Notes: generated by a model from the sequence alone, not told the origin. Shown: positions 1-14,050, counted from the first letter of the stretch. The stretch: 64,000 bases of DNA from Eledone cirrhosa (GCA_964016885.1 OZ024765.1:5084001-5148000); one strand, 5' to 3'. Made by a program: numbers and translations.

Positions 1-129
1 TTGTAGATGAGAGAGTCACTCCAGGTAGAGCTGCTACTCCGAATTGAGAGATCACAGCTCTGATACTATGGACATGTGGTTAGAATGGACATGAGGAAAG
101 AATCACTGAAAAAAAGTCTAAAGTCTGTC

Positions 130-560
130 TTAAGCCAGAAGGCTCATTTGACCGGTGCTTATCCCGGTTTCATAGCATGAAGCGACTGAGAGTACAAGAC
201 TCCCCCCTCGACAGGACGCTAGTCCATCGTAGGGTTAAACGTCTAGCTATTGCTGGTACTCATTTTCAGCTGAGTATACTGGAGCAACGTGAAATGAAGT
301 GTATATTATCCATACACATATATATATAAATACTAAAGTCTAGTCTAGAGTGACTGAGAGTACAAGACTTCCCCCTGGACAGGACAACAGTCCATCACAG
401 GGTTAAACTCCCAGCTATTACTGGTACTCATTTTCAGCTGAGTATACTGGAGCAACGTGAAATGAAGTGTTTTGCTCAAGAACACAACACGCAGCCCAGG
501 AATCGAGCCCACGAAATTATGATCGTAAGTCCAACACCCTTACCACTAGGACACGTGCCT
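130..560 (-). mobile_element. tRNA-derived SINE with internal duplication; related copies at about 16585-16990 and 28690-29400
   Basis: tRNA-like head (tagtggtaagg...ggttcgattcc-like) and ttgagcaaaacacttcatttcacgttgctcc core on the minus strand. Confidence 0.7.
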
Positions 561-569
561 CAACCTTAG

Positions 570-1575
570 GAAAGAATGGCTGGATATATTTGTAGCTCGA
601 GGATTAGAGAGACACTCCAGGTAGAGCTGTTACTCCGAATTGAGAGATCACAGCTCTGATACTATGGACATGTGGTTGGAATGTCTGAGGAAAGAATCAC
701 TGGATATATTTGTAGCTTGGAGATGAGAGAGTCACTCCAGATAGAGCTGCTACTTCTCTGAATTGAGAGATCACAGCTCCGATACTATGGACATGTGGTT
801 GGAATGTCTGAGGAAAGAATCACTGGATATATTTGTAGCTTGGAGATCAGAGAGTCACTCCAGGTAGAGCTGCTACTTCTCTGAATTGAGAGATCACAGC
901 TCTGATACTATGGGCATGTGGTTGGAATGTCTGAGGAAAGAATCACTGGATATATTTGTAGCTTGGAGATCAGAGAGTCACTCCAGGTAGAGCTGCTACT
1001 TCTCTGAATTGAGAGATCACAGCTCTGATACTATGGGCATGTGGTTGGAATGTCTGAGGAAAGAATCACTGGATATATTTGTAGCTTGGAGATGAGAGAG
1101 TCACTCCAGATAGAGCTGCTACTTCTCTGAATTGAGAGATCACAGCTCCGATACTATGGACATGTGGTTGGAATGTCTGAGGAAAGAATCACTGGATATA
1201 TTTGTAGCTTGGAGATCAGAGAGTCACTCCAGGTAGAGCTGCTACTTCTCTGAATTGAGAGATCACAGCTCTGATACTATGGGCATGTGGTTGGAATGTC
1301 TGAGGAAAGAATCACTGGATATATTTGTAGCTTGGAGATCAGAGAGTCACTCCAGGTAGAGCTGCTACTTCTCTGAATTGAGAGATCACAGCTCCGATAC
1401 TATGGACATGTGGTTAGAATGTCTGAGGAGAAGAATTGCTGCACAGATTTTACGGGCAAAAACCAACTGGGAGGAAACCCAGGGGTAGACCCTGAACAAG
1501 ATGGTTGGATAACATCCATGAACTTGGTTGGTCACACTTGGAGATCCAGCCGGATCAGTTGGAGTCGGCTGCTTC
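570..1575 (+). repeat. 123-bp tandem array derived from an RTE LINE segment, running into the RTE 3' end
   Basis: unit starts at 701, 824, 947 and onward; encodes degenerate LLxIERSQLRYYGHVVxMSEER; another partial unit at 1-110. Confidence 0.9.
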
Positions 1576-2083
1576 TGCATTACTGCACCAGTTTCTGCAA
1601 TTCTTCTACTTAATTCATCTTCCTGACCTCCATCACACGTGACCGCAACATACCTGAATGTTTCCTATCCCATAATATTGCTGAAGTAGAAACCATTTGG
1701 CCGAATCAGTAGAGCGTCAGACGCCATGCTTTGCAGCACAGAGTTACGGCCCTTTATGGTCTGAGTTCAAATCCCGCCGAGGTTAACTTTGCTTTTCATC
1801 CTTACGGGGGTCCATAAAATAAAGTACCAGTAATACACTGGGATAATTGCTGGCCTTGTGCCAAAAGTAGAAGCAATTATATAGTAGTTTCTTATATAGG
1901 CACAAGGCCAGCAATTTTTTTTTAGGGTGGGGGGTCGATTAAATCGACCGTAGTACATTACTGGTACTTTATTTTATCCACCCTGTAAGGATGAAAGGCA
2001 AAGTTAACCTCGGCGGGATTTGAACTCAGGACATAAAGGGGCGTAACTCTATGCTGCAAAGCATGACGTCCGACCTTTTCTAT

Positions 2084-2127
<44 letters not shown>

Positions 2128-2475
2128 TTACTACTGCTGCTGCTGTTACAACTACTTCTACTACTGTTACTAGTACTACTACTACCACTACCACCACCAC
2201 TACTCCTACTACTACTACTACTACTACTACTCCTGCCACCACCACCACCACCACCACCACTATTACTACCACTACCACTACCACCACCACTACTATTACT
2301 ATTACCACTACTACTATTACTATTACCACTACTACCACTACCACCACCACCATCACCACTACCACTACTACTACCACCACCACTACCACTACTACTACCA
2401 CCACCACTACTATTACTATTACCACCACGAAAGGGGGAAGAGAGAGAGAGAGAAATACAGATACATAGAGAGAGG

Positions 2476-2506
<31 letters not shown>

Positions 2507-3335
2507 CGTGTGGGGGGGGGGGTATTGGTGCATATGTGTGTGCGTGTAGGCATGCATGTATGAATGTGTGGTCTGTATGTGAATATGTGTATGTATGTGT
2601 ATTGTGTATGCATGTGTTGTATGTGTGTGTATGTATATGCATGTGTATGTCTCTATGTGTGCATATATAATGTGTGTATGTACTATATGTGTGTGTATTA
2701 TGTATTATATGTATGTGTCTATTGTGTTACTGTGTGTGCGTATGTTATTGCGTGTGTGTGTGTATTGTGTAATATATATGTCTGTGTGTACGATGTATAT
2801 GCATGTGTGTATATATATATATGTGTGTGTGTATGTTAGTATGGGGGTAGCGTGTGCTATATTTAGAGAGACGCCATATTTTCACAGCTCCCAGGACAAC
2901 AATAAGAGAGGAAATGGTTGATAATATTTTCAATTTTAACAACACCTTCGTTTCTCGTAGATTAAGGCTCCGGGCGGAACTGGCACCACGCCATCACCCC
3001 CACCACCCCCACACCACCACTATACCACCACCACCACCACCATCATACCACCACCACCACCATCACTATCGGTAAAGAGTTGGACGCCATTCTTTGCAGC
3101 AAAGAGTTACGGCCATTTGTGATCTGAGTTCAAATCCCGCCGAGGTTAACTTTGCCTTTCATCCTTACGGGGTCGATAAAATAAAGTACCAGTAATACAC
3201 TGGGATAATTGCTGGCCTTGTGCCTAACGTAGAAACAATTATTGATATTATACTCCAGAAGAATATTGTAGAGTGCTTCGAATCTGTTATAAACTATATT
3301 TGTTGAATAACCAACAAATTAAATAGCTCTTTGCT

Positions 3336-3382
<47 letters not shown>

Positions 3383-3599
3383 GTATGTATGTATATATAT
3401 TAATGTATTATATACGTATATATCACTCAGTGCTCCTGTGGGAGCCCCTACATGGACACACTAGAAGAGGAAGACCAAGGTTAACATATGTTGATGCCCT
3501 AAGGACAGACACTGGTCTGTTGGAGACGCAGGACATGGCAGCGATGATGAGGGACAGAGACCGCTGGAGAGAACTCGTACATGGATCTCGGGAATTTTA

Positions 3600-4090
3600 G
3601 CCCCTTAGATATAGACTTAGATACGTATATATTGATGTAATTGGTCTAAGTCTGGTAATGTTGAGCAGTTCACTGATACAGATACGGACGCTGAGCCACT
3701 TGCCAGTCATAAGTCTCATGATGTGGTTCTGCAATGTAGAGAGCTTCTGAAGTGACCTTGTCCTCGTCCAATTAACACAGCCAAGACCATATAACACAAC
3801 TGGTAGGATGTAAGTATCAAAGATCTTAGCCTTCAAATGATAGGAAACTCATTTTCATGTTAGTACTTCCTTGTTCTTGTTGAAAGCTGCCCAACCTAGA
3901 GCGATGCAATACTGGACAGCGACCATTCCATTGTTGTTTGATGATAGTTTGTGACCGAGATATAAAAACTCCCTAACTTGAGCAATTTATTGGTTGTAGA
4001 TTGTGAGTTGGAGATTGGCATTGTTTTTATCAGTTGTCATACATTTTGTTTTGGAGATGTTGATGTGTAAGCCAGCTCCCAGTGAATGTT
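3600..4090 (-). mobile_element. RTE LINE RT fragment
   Basis: F.YLGH, IALGWAAF, KAKIFDTYILPVVLYG motifs, with stops and frameshifts. Confidence 0.8.
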
Positions 4091-4603
4091 TGTCAAGTCA
4101 AGAGTACTCAAACTATACAGTCATATAAAAAGATCAACTTGTGGTGTGAGTATGTTCTGCCTGGGAGGAAGGTTGGCTGGTAAGAGAAGCAGAGGCCGGC
4201 AGCCAAATTGATGGCTTGACAATGTCAACCTAGGGACTGGACTTGATCTTTGCTCTTTAAACTCTGCTGTTGGTGATGGAACTTTGTGGAGAGAGATATC
4301 AGATGTTGATGTACAGTCTACAACTAGCGGAGTTTAGCGTCAGAGAGAAATATATATATAAATATATTAATTGTTTCTATTTTTTTGGCACAAGGCCAGC
4401 AATTACTCAGTACATTACTGGTACTTTATTTGATCGACCCCGTAAGGATGAAAGGCAAAGTTAACCTCGACGGGATTTATATTAATGCCTTATATATATA
4501 AATATATTGGCCGTATTATCTTTAGTCGGTATTCGCTTCACCGTGGCTTCACCCTTCTGATTTGAACGCATATATCTATATATCTGTGTTCGTCTCTCTT
4601 TAT

Positions 4604-4654
<51 letters not shown>

Positions 4655-4814
4655 GTAATCTGAGTTTTTCGAATATTAATAATAATAATATTCGATTCGT
4701 TTGCAAAAAAAAGTAGCGTCTTCAACGCCGGGAAATAACGGTATATATATATATATTAAAATAACAGATTAAAGTTTAAGCAAAGAATCGCTGCTTTCAC
4801 CCTAACGGGATCTT

Positions 4815-4880
<66 letters not shown>

Positions 4881-5238
4881 ATAATAATAAATTTGAAGAC
4901 TAAAATCCAAAGAGGGGTCGATAAGGATAAATATATATCAGATATATAAGAACCGTAGAGCAAATATTTATTAAATTAATCTGTTATTTTAATAAATATA
5001 TATATATATATATATATTAAAATAACAGTCTTCAAATTTAGTCTTCAAATTTATTACTATATATATATATATATATACATATATATATTTATTAAAATAA
5101 CAGATTAAAGTTTAAGCAAAGAATCGCTGCTTTCACCCTTAACGGGAACTTCTGAAACAAACAAAGTTCTTATATATTTGATATATATTTATCCTTATCG
5201 AGCCCTCTTTGGATTTTAGTCTTCAAATTTATTATTAT

Positions 5239-5275
<37 letters not shown>

Positions 5276-5325
5276 ATCCCGTTAGGGTGAAAGCAGCGAT
5301 TATTTGCTTAAACTTTAATCTGTTA

Positions 5326-5369
<44 letters not shown>

Positions 5370-5499
5370 CTTATTTCCCGGCTTCAAAGATGCTACTGTT
5401 TTCCTAAAATAAATCTCAAAAATCTCCATTTGTCCTGGAGGCCGAAGGCTGTTTATTATGTTTTTTTCTAATTTTTGGTTGTCAAAATTAGGGTGCGTC

Positions 5500-7810
5500 T
5501 TCGAGGACGAAGCATCGGTATAGATGTGATGGACTCGTCGATTCGGCGTATGAGGGGGTCAACAGTCTTTTCAGTTCATTGTTTTATGTCTATACCTCAT
5601 ATGGCACTTCAATCCAACTGCTGATTTACACATCAATCGGCATTCGGTGCAGGTGACAGGATCACCTGACCGGACTCTGGTGTTAGATCTCATCTCACAG
5701 ACGTGGACTAAACGAGATTTCTCAAAGTTCTGTATACCTTCATGGCAGACAGTTCTCCATCTTCTACAGTTGACAGTCATGGCTTCAAACGAAGAAAAAG
5801 GTACGTTGACAGACTTAAGATTGTACTTCAGATTGTCCTTATATCGGGATAGTCGCCTGCCCACACTATGCGCATCTGGAGCTGACTGTACAACAGTAGC
5901 TTAGGTATGCGGTCCTTAGACATCCGTAGGACATGACCAGCCCATCTTATGCAAAAAAAAAAAAAAAATCTATTTAGGGGAGTATAAACCCGACAGACTA
6001 AAATAAGTAAGTTTCCCTGCCATGGTTTCAAAAACGAAACAGTACCAGGCATTTCAAATTATTGGATTAACCTATACTGGAAGAATTCTTCCAGTATTTG
6101 TTATTCCAATAATTTGAAATGCCTGGTACTGTTGGTAGGGAGACTTTTATATGAGTGAGACTTCCTTATTTTAGTCCGTCTGGTTTATATTCCCCTAGAT
6201 AGAGCTTAATATGGAAAATTGATTCTCTTATCTCTATACTTTATCCATTCTTTGAGATGTCTAAGTATTAGAGATAAATAACCTTTTAATTAATATATAC
6301 ATATATATATGTTATTATTATTATTTAGAATACTTGATGATATCACTGGATTCATACTGAACCCGTTCATTGAAATGATCATAGTATAATAAACCCTTTA
6401 AGGAATTACACCAGTCCAGCCTCCTGTTATTTTATAATAATTAACTTCGTACTGACATCATAGACGGTTTTCTTCAATGATTCCCACGTATTTTCACATT
6501 CCATGGACTCAAGGGACTTCGACAGCTCAGTTCTGACTTCTGTCTTCAGTCGAGCCACATTTAGTCGTTTTGGAAGTGCAACCTTCTTCCCCCTAAGTTT
6601 GGGCTTCACAACAAATTGAAGTTTGGTGCGCACCAGACGGCGGCCTGTCCAACATTCCGTGCCTCGTAATACACGAACCAATGTGATATCCCTGATATCA
6701 CATTTCCTCGTTAAAACAAAGTCAATAAGGTGCCACTTCTTGGAACATGGTTGCATCCAACTTGTCTTATATTTGTCTTTCTGTTGAAAGAGCGTGTTCC
6801 CAACAACATATCCATCCCAGTGCACATCTGCAACAGAAGTAGGCCATTGTTATTGCACTTACCTACTCCATGCCAGCCCATCACACTCCAAGCTTCCCAG
6901 TCATTACCAACACGTGCATTAAAATGACCAAGGATGACAATCTTGTCTGCATAAGGTACACCATGGATGACAATCTTGTCTGCATAAGGTACACCATGGA
7001 TGACCTCTCTCAAAGACATGTAGCAAGCTAGTTTATCATCATCACCAGCACACATAGTAGGAGTGAACACACTGACCAGAGTCACAAAGAAGTTTTGAAT
7101 CAGAGGGACTCTCATGGACATTATCCGATCATTTTCCAGCTTTGTGACAATTCCATTCCTGACAGCAAATGCGACCCCTGCCTCTCTCTTACAACCCACT
7201 GCTCCACCACTCCAATAGAAGGTATATCCTCCCTCCTGTTCCGTGAATTGACCCTCACCTATCAATCTCGTTTCTGAAAGTGCAACGATGTCCCTGTTAT
7301 AGCGATTGAGTTCTTTCGACATCAAAGCAGATCTTTCAGGGCGAGTTTTACTGGATTTGGAATCAAGTAAAGTTCTTGCATTCCAGCACCCAACATTCAT
7401 AGGTTTGAGCCTCCTTGCAGTTGCAGGATGACGACTGGGCCCATGCTGCGTTGCCATGGGACACCTGTCGGGCCAGACCCCTTCACAATAAGTTCCAGAG
7501 CCCTTACTGCCATTGACTTCAAGGTCATCTTTGTCATCATAGAGTTTTTTCTCATAGTTTCCCTCTCTTAGAAAGGTGTGTGACAAAGACTGTGGGCCTT
7601 TCACACCCAGGTGATAAAAAAAAAAACAACTACTATTTGGATGGCCGAGATACTCCGCCCTTTGCCGGGTCTTGTATTTCATCCCGCAGGGTGTCCAAAT
7701 ATGACCCTCCTCACCAAGCTTGGTGGGGTTCCCGGTTTAGTAGCCGACGACCCGACCATTAGACAGGTTGTACTGGGTTACATGTTACCAGTAGCACTTG
7801 AGAGCGACCT
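5500..7810 (-). mobile_element. Degenerate RTE (BovB-like) LINE: 5'UTR, AP endonuclease and C-terminal zinc finger; RT missing
   Basis: MNVGCWNARTLLD...DIVALSETRL, KWHLIDFVLTR (frameshifted), IRWAGHVLRM..DRIPK.LLY, CTECRLMCKSAVGLKCHMRYRH. Confidence 0.9.
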
Positions 7811-7825
7811 GACATACACACATAC

Positions 7826-7896
<71 letters not shown>

Positions 7897-8107
7897 ATAC
7901 TTTGGGAGGGTCATGTTGCCAATAAGAAACACACGCACCAGTTGCTTTCACTTCAATTTATTATATATTTATAAATTTATAAATTTACAAATCTACAAAC
8001 TTATAAATTTCTGGTTGGTTCTACAACATGGCCCTCCCAAAGTTTAACAATATCGGTTTCAACACACGATTTCAGATAAAGAATCTTGCTAAACAAATTC
8101 AGAAACG

Positions 8108-8157
<50 letters not shown>

Positions 8158-8162
<5 letters not shown>

Positions 8163-8346
8163 AACCAGTAAGACCCCGACAGCTGAGCTCAAGCCGTTTC
8201 GACGGCTAATTCAGAATTAGCCGTCGAAACGGCTTGAGCTCAGCTGTCGGGGTCTTACTGGTTCCTATTACCCACTCTACTACCTCAAGTATTGAGTACT
8301 TTGGTGCGTTATGGTCCACCTGGTTCCTTACCACATTTCCTTCGTT
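8158..8346 (+). mobile_element. Palindromic Penelope-like fragment in (TA)n; related copies at about 29807-29985, 34176-34352 and 52552-52675
   Basis: inverted repeat 8158-8268 followed by a shared 3' tail; contains the GAAACGGC...GCYGTC hammerhead 3' half. Confidence 0.6.
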
Positions 8347-8393
8347 ATATATATATATATATATATACAGTATATATAAAGACACACACATAT

Positions 8394-8452
<59 letters not shown>

Positions 8453-9151
8453 CACACACACACACACATATATATAAACATACAGACCCAATAGAACTAT
8501 GTAATAAAACTGCCGGAAGAGGTTTCCGGATCAGAGATTCGTTGATGGTGGTGATGGTGTGGTGGTGGTGGTGGTGGTGGTGGTGGTGTTGTAGGGGGAG
8601 ATACCTGTAAATATTATGTTTTGACAAGGGAGCGGCCATTAACCCAGAGAGGTGAGTGGTGGTGGTGGTATGGTAGGGAGCGGCCATTAACCAAGAGAGG
8701 TGGGAGTGAAGTGGTGTGGTGGTGGTGGTGGTGTCGTGGTAGTGGTGGTGGTGTCTCGTGGTGGTGGTGGTGGTGGTATGGTAGGGAGCTGCCATTAACC
8801 AAGAGAGGTGGGGGTGAAGTGGAGTGGTAGAAGGATCTGATATTGACTTGTGATTTATTAGAATATCACCAAAGTTGCATTAACTTGATATCTGGGGGGG
8901 GGGGGGGGCATTAATGATATTAACAACAACAACAACAACAGCGATAAGAATGGTTTCTGATTTAAGCACAAGGCCAGTAATTGGGGGGGGGGGGGTCGAT
9001 TGAATCGATCCCAGTGCATTACTGGTACTTTATTTTATCGACCCCGAAGAAAGATGTTTATTGATTGGTTGGTTGAATCACACGAAAAGTACACACACGC
9101 ACACACACACACACACACACTCTCACTCACACACACACACACACACACACA

Positions 9152-9187
<36 letters not shown>

Positions 9188-10003
9188 CTCTCTCACACAC
9201 TCACATACACACACACTCACATACACACACACACACCCTCTCTCTCTCTCACTCACACACACACACACTCTCTCACACACACTCACACTCACACTCACAC
9301 CCACACTCACACACACTCACACTCACACACACACTCTCTCTCACACACACATTCACACTCACACTCACACACACACTCTCTCTCACACACACATTCACAC
9401 TCACACTCACACACTCTCTCTCACACACACACATTCACACTCACACTCACACTCACACACACTCACACACACACACATACCCCCCCCCATACACACATAC
9501 CCCACCCCCCACACACACATTACAGTCTCACCTCATAGCAGACAACACATCCATTACAATCGTTTTCTCTTACCTGATCTCCCAGCCGGGTACCTCACCT
9601 AGTATATATATATAGATGGGCTGTATCTGTAATTCAAAGCCCCGGCCACTGAAACATGCTGAATCTCCCTGAGAATCATATTAATGGTACACATATCTGT
9701 GGAATACTTAGCCACTTACACTATCTTACAAGATGGACTGTAGCTGTAATTCAATGATCCAGCCTTGCCACTCAGTGTGTCAGGCTGAATCTCCCTGAGA
9801 ACTACGTTAAAGGGTAGACGTGAGACATTGAGCTCTGTTGATCGAACAACTGGAACACTGATCGCGGCAACCGACGGAGTTCCATTCCTTCCCAGTCATA
9901 CGGCAGCAGTGTATCTTAGTGGATTGTCACAGCTGCAGCAACTGCAGCAGCAACTGTAACAGCAACAGGAGCCTTGTCTGTATCTGTATGGCTTGTATCG
10001 TTA

Positions 10004-11150
10004 CACCACCACTACCACTACTACTACTACCACCACCACCACTACTACTACCACCACCACCACCACCACTACCACCACCACCACCACCACTACCACCACC
10101 ACCACCACTACCACCACCAACACTACCACCACCAACACTACCACCACTACCACTACTACCACCACCACTAACACCACCACCAACACTACCACTACCACCA
10201 CCACTACTACCACCACCACTACTACCACCACCACTACTACCACCACCACTACTACCACTACCACCACCACTACTACCACCACCACCACTACCACCCCTAC
10301 CACCACCACCACCACTACTACTACCACCACCACCACCACTAACACCACCACCACCACTAACACCACCACCACCACTAACACCACCACCACCACCACTACC
10401 ACCAACACCACCACCGACACCACCACCACCAACACCACCACCACCACTAACACCACCACTACTACTACCACCACCACCACCAACACCACCACCGACACTA
10501 CCACCACCACCACCACTACCACCACCACCACCACTACCACCACCACCACTAACACCACCACCACCACCACCACCAACACTACCACCACCACTGACACCAC
10601 CAACACCACTACCACCACCACTGACACCACCACCACTACCACCAACACCAACACCATCACCACCACCACCACCGCTACAACCACCACCACCACCACAACA
10701 ACAACACCACCACCACTGACACCACCACCACCACCACTACCACCAACACCAACACCACCACCACCACCACCACCGCTACAACCACCACCACCACCACCGC
10801 TACAACCACCACCACCACCACAACAACAACACCACCACCACCACCACCACAACACCACCACTACAACACCACCACAACAACACCACCACAACACCACCAC
10901 TACCACCAACACCACCACCACCACCACCACTACCACCAACACCACCACCACCACCACTACTACTACCACCACCACCACAACAACACCACCACCACCACTG
11001 ACACCACCACCACCACTACTACTACCACCACCACCACAACACCACCACCACCACTGACACCACCACCACCACCACCACCACCACCACCACCGACACCACC
11101 ACCACTACTACTACCACCACCACTACCACCAACACCACCACCACCACCAA
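10004..11150. repeat. (CAC/TAC/AAC)n trinucleotide tract
   Basis: direct inspection; source of the poly-T/P/H/V pseudo-ORFs. Confidence 0.95.
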
Positions 11151-11963
11151 CGTCACATCTAGAGTGGCTCCCCAAACACTGGTTGTGCCAGTGACAGGAA
11201 CATGATTGATTGAGAGTAAAAAAATGTACGTATATAAACCGACAGGGGGGACAACTCTTTGATTATATAATCGGCGTGGGAATTATCTCCCCTGAACATC
11301 TGACAAATTTTGCTTTCTGTATTACTCTCAGGTCTTGAACAATCGCCTCCTCCCCGCTTCTTAAATTTTGCTAATCTATCTCGAGTTAAATTTTATTGGA
11401 AGTCATTCATATCAGGCTGGAGAATCTAATAATTGTTTCTACTTTACGCACAAGGCCAGCAATTACCCCAGTGCATTACTGGTACTTTATTTTATCGACC
11501 CCGTAAGGATGAAAGGCAAAGTCAACCTCGGCGGGATTTGAACTCAGATCGTAAAGGGACGTAACTATGCTGGAAAGCATGGCGTCCGACCCTCTACCGA
11601 TACTGAATAATAATTATATTTTACACGCTTGGGGGATCCAACCAGATCAGTTGGAGATAGTTGCTTCTGACAAGACCTGCTGGAAGGAGTGTTTGAGGAC
11701 TCTGACCCCTCAGGGATATGAGGTCAAAGGAGGAGGAGAAGAAGAAGAAGAAGAAGATAATATTAACTTTGTCTCTTTTTATTCTTAAAAATTCAATAAT
11801 ACACAAATAGAATACAAATTGGAATAGCAGAATATATCAAAACTATAATCCCATATTCTGAATAAATGTAGAAATTTAAAAGAAAGTTGGTGGAAATGAT
11901 AAAAAAAACCTATGAAAGATGTTAACTTAATAAAGCCGTGTGATGTTTGATGAGCTGTGGTTA

Positions 11964-12055
11964 TTATAAACATTTGATTGTTGAATGGCTCTTGGAATGT
12001 TTATAGGAATTCAAAACACCACTGACAGGGGTATGGTTCGGCTGAAGGACAAAAT
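11964..12055 (-). CDS. CCNB1IP1: CCNB1IP1 last coding exon ([13 protein letters not shown]...KCL stop)
   Basis: strong poly-T acceptor, DFxxxP motif resembling the HEI10 C-terminus, TAA at 11964-11966. Confidence 0.72.
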
Positions 12056-13058
12056 CTGTAAAAAAAAAAAAAAAAAAAAAGTTTATATATATCATTTCAT
12101 CATTATCATTTATCATTTCATTTTACCTCCGCTTTTCCCTGCTTGCAAGGGTGAGACGGCAACTGATTCTGGCTTGATTTCTACAGCTGGATGCTCTTCC
12201 TAACACCAACCTCATTTACAGTGAGTGCTGGGTGCTTTTTTGCCGTGGCACCTCCACGACCACTTTGCAGTGGAATGATAGGGACCCCAGTCCCTATCAT
12301 CTCATTTCTACAGCTGAGTAAACTGGAGCAATGTGAAATAAAGTGTCTTGCTGAAGGAAACAACACATCACCTGGTCTGAGAATTGAACTCACAACCTTT
12401 CGATTCTCAGACCAATAATTGTTTCTATTTATATCAATAATTGTCTCTCCAGCCGTCGCATATCCTCTGCAGTTGCTGCCCATGTCTCACTACCATGCAG
12501 CATCGCGCATCTCACACAGGCATCCTATAACTGGCCTTTCGTATGCATATATGTATATGCGTAACTATCTCCATAGTTAATTTATTTGGCAATCAATGTT
12601 TATCATTGATTGACCAGCGGTTAAAAATACAGATATAAATATATATATATAGTCTATCAAAGTTCTTTCGTCACACAGCTGCGACATCATCAGTGGTACT
12701 ATTATGTTTTTTTCCCATTGTATTGTAATGTCTATTGTAATGCCATTTTTATTTCATTACAATACGAGAGGAAACATAATAGTACCACTGATGATGTCGA
12801 AGAAGTGTGACGAAAGAACTTTGATAGACTATATATATATATATTTATATCTGTATTTTTAACTGTTGGTCAATCAATGATAAACATTGATTACCAAATA
12901 AATTAACTATGGAGATATAGAAGATACAGACGCCAAAACTAACCCAAACGAAACAGTGAGTGTGCTCTGTTATTATTTCTGGCAATATTATAACAATATG
13001 ACCCTCCCCATGTTTAACAATATTTGTTTCGACACACGATTTCATATAAAAAACTTTG

Positions 13059-13095
<37 letters not shown>

Positions 13096-13993
13096 TATAA
13101 TCCTTATCGAGCCCACTTCAGATTTTGGTCTTCACATTTATTATTACTATATATATATGGAGGCACATGGCTTAGTGGTTAGAGTATTGGCCTTGCAATC
13201 GAAAGGTTGTGAGTTCAATTCTCAGTCAAGGTGATGTGTTGTTTCCTTGAGCAAGACACTTTATTTCACATTGCTCCAGTTTACTCAGCTGTAGAAATGA
13301 GATGATAGGGACTATGTAAAGTGGTCGTGGAGGTGCCACGGCAAAAAAGCATCCAGCACTCACTGTAAAATGAGGTTGGTGTTAGGAAGGGTATCCAGCT
13401 GTAGAAATCAAGCCAGAATCAGTTCCCGTCCCACCCTTGCAAGCAGGGAAAAAGCGGATGTAAAATGAAATGATGATGATGATGATGATATATGCTGGAA
13501 TGCTGAAGCAAGATCGTAATGGTGTGACAAAACATAAAATGATGGTCAGAGAATTAAAATAATATATACTTGCCCTCAATGTCATTCTGGTTTGTATGTT
13601 GTTCATATGGAGAGGCATGAATTTTCCGGAACACAGCTAAGGAATAACAAAAAATGAATATTTGTACAAGAAGAGTTACTGGTTCTACCTACACGAAGGC
13701 TTCCATCAATTTTGATCACCCTGCTCCTTTTTATACAACTGTCACCCTTCATATGCATCACATGACCAAACAAACACTTCTCTCTATGTATATATGTATG
13801 TGTGTCCATATGGATGTATATGTGCATCCCACCCACCCGTACCCTCAATCTATCTGATTCTCATTCTTCTGATGAAGGACTAGCGTCTGAAACGTTAAGA
13901 CCCTCTTCCTGCTATATCAAGCGTTAACCTAATATATTTCTTCCATATACTGTACCGACTGTGTGGTTATTTCTGTTTGCCTTTTACATACAC

Positions 13994-14050
<57 letters not shown>

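Noticed and set aside
7690-7810. Possible HDV-like ribozyme at the RTE 5' end
   Set aside because: Hairpins are present but the nested double pseudoknot could not be assigned by eye
9919-11175. Long poly-Pro, poly-Thr and poly-Val ORFs
   Set aside because: Pure trinucleotide repeat open in several frames; no splice or homology support
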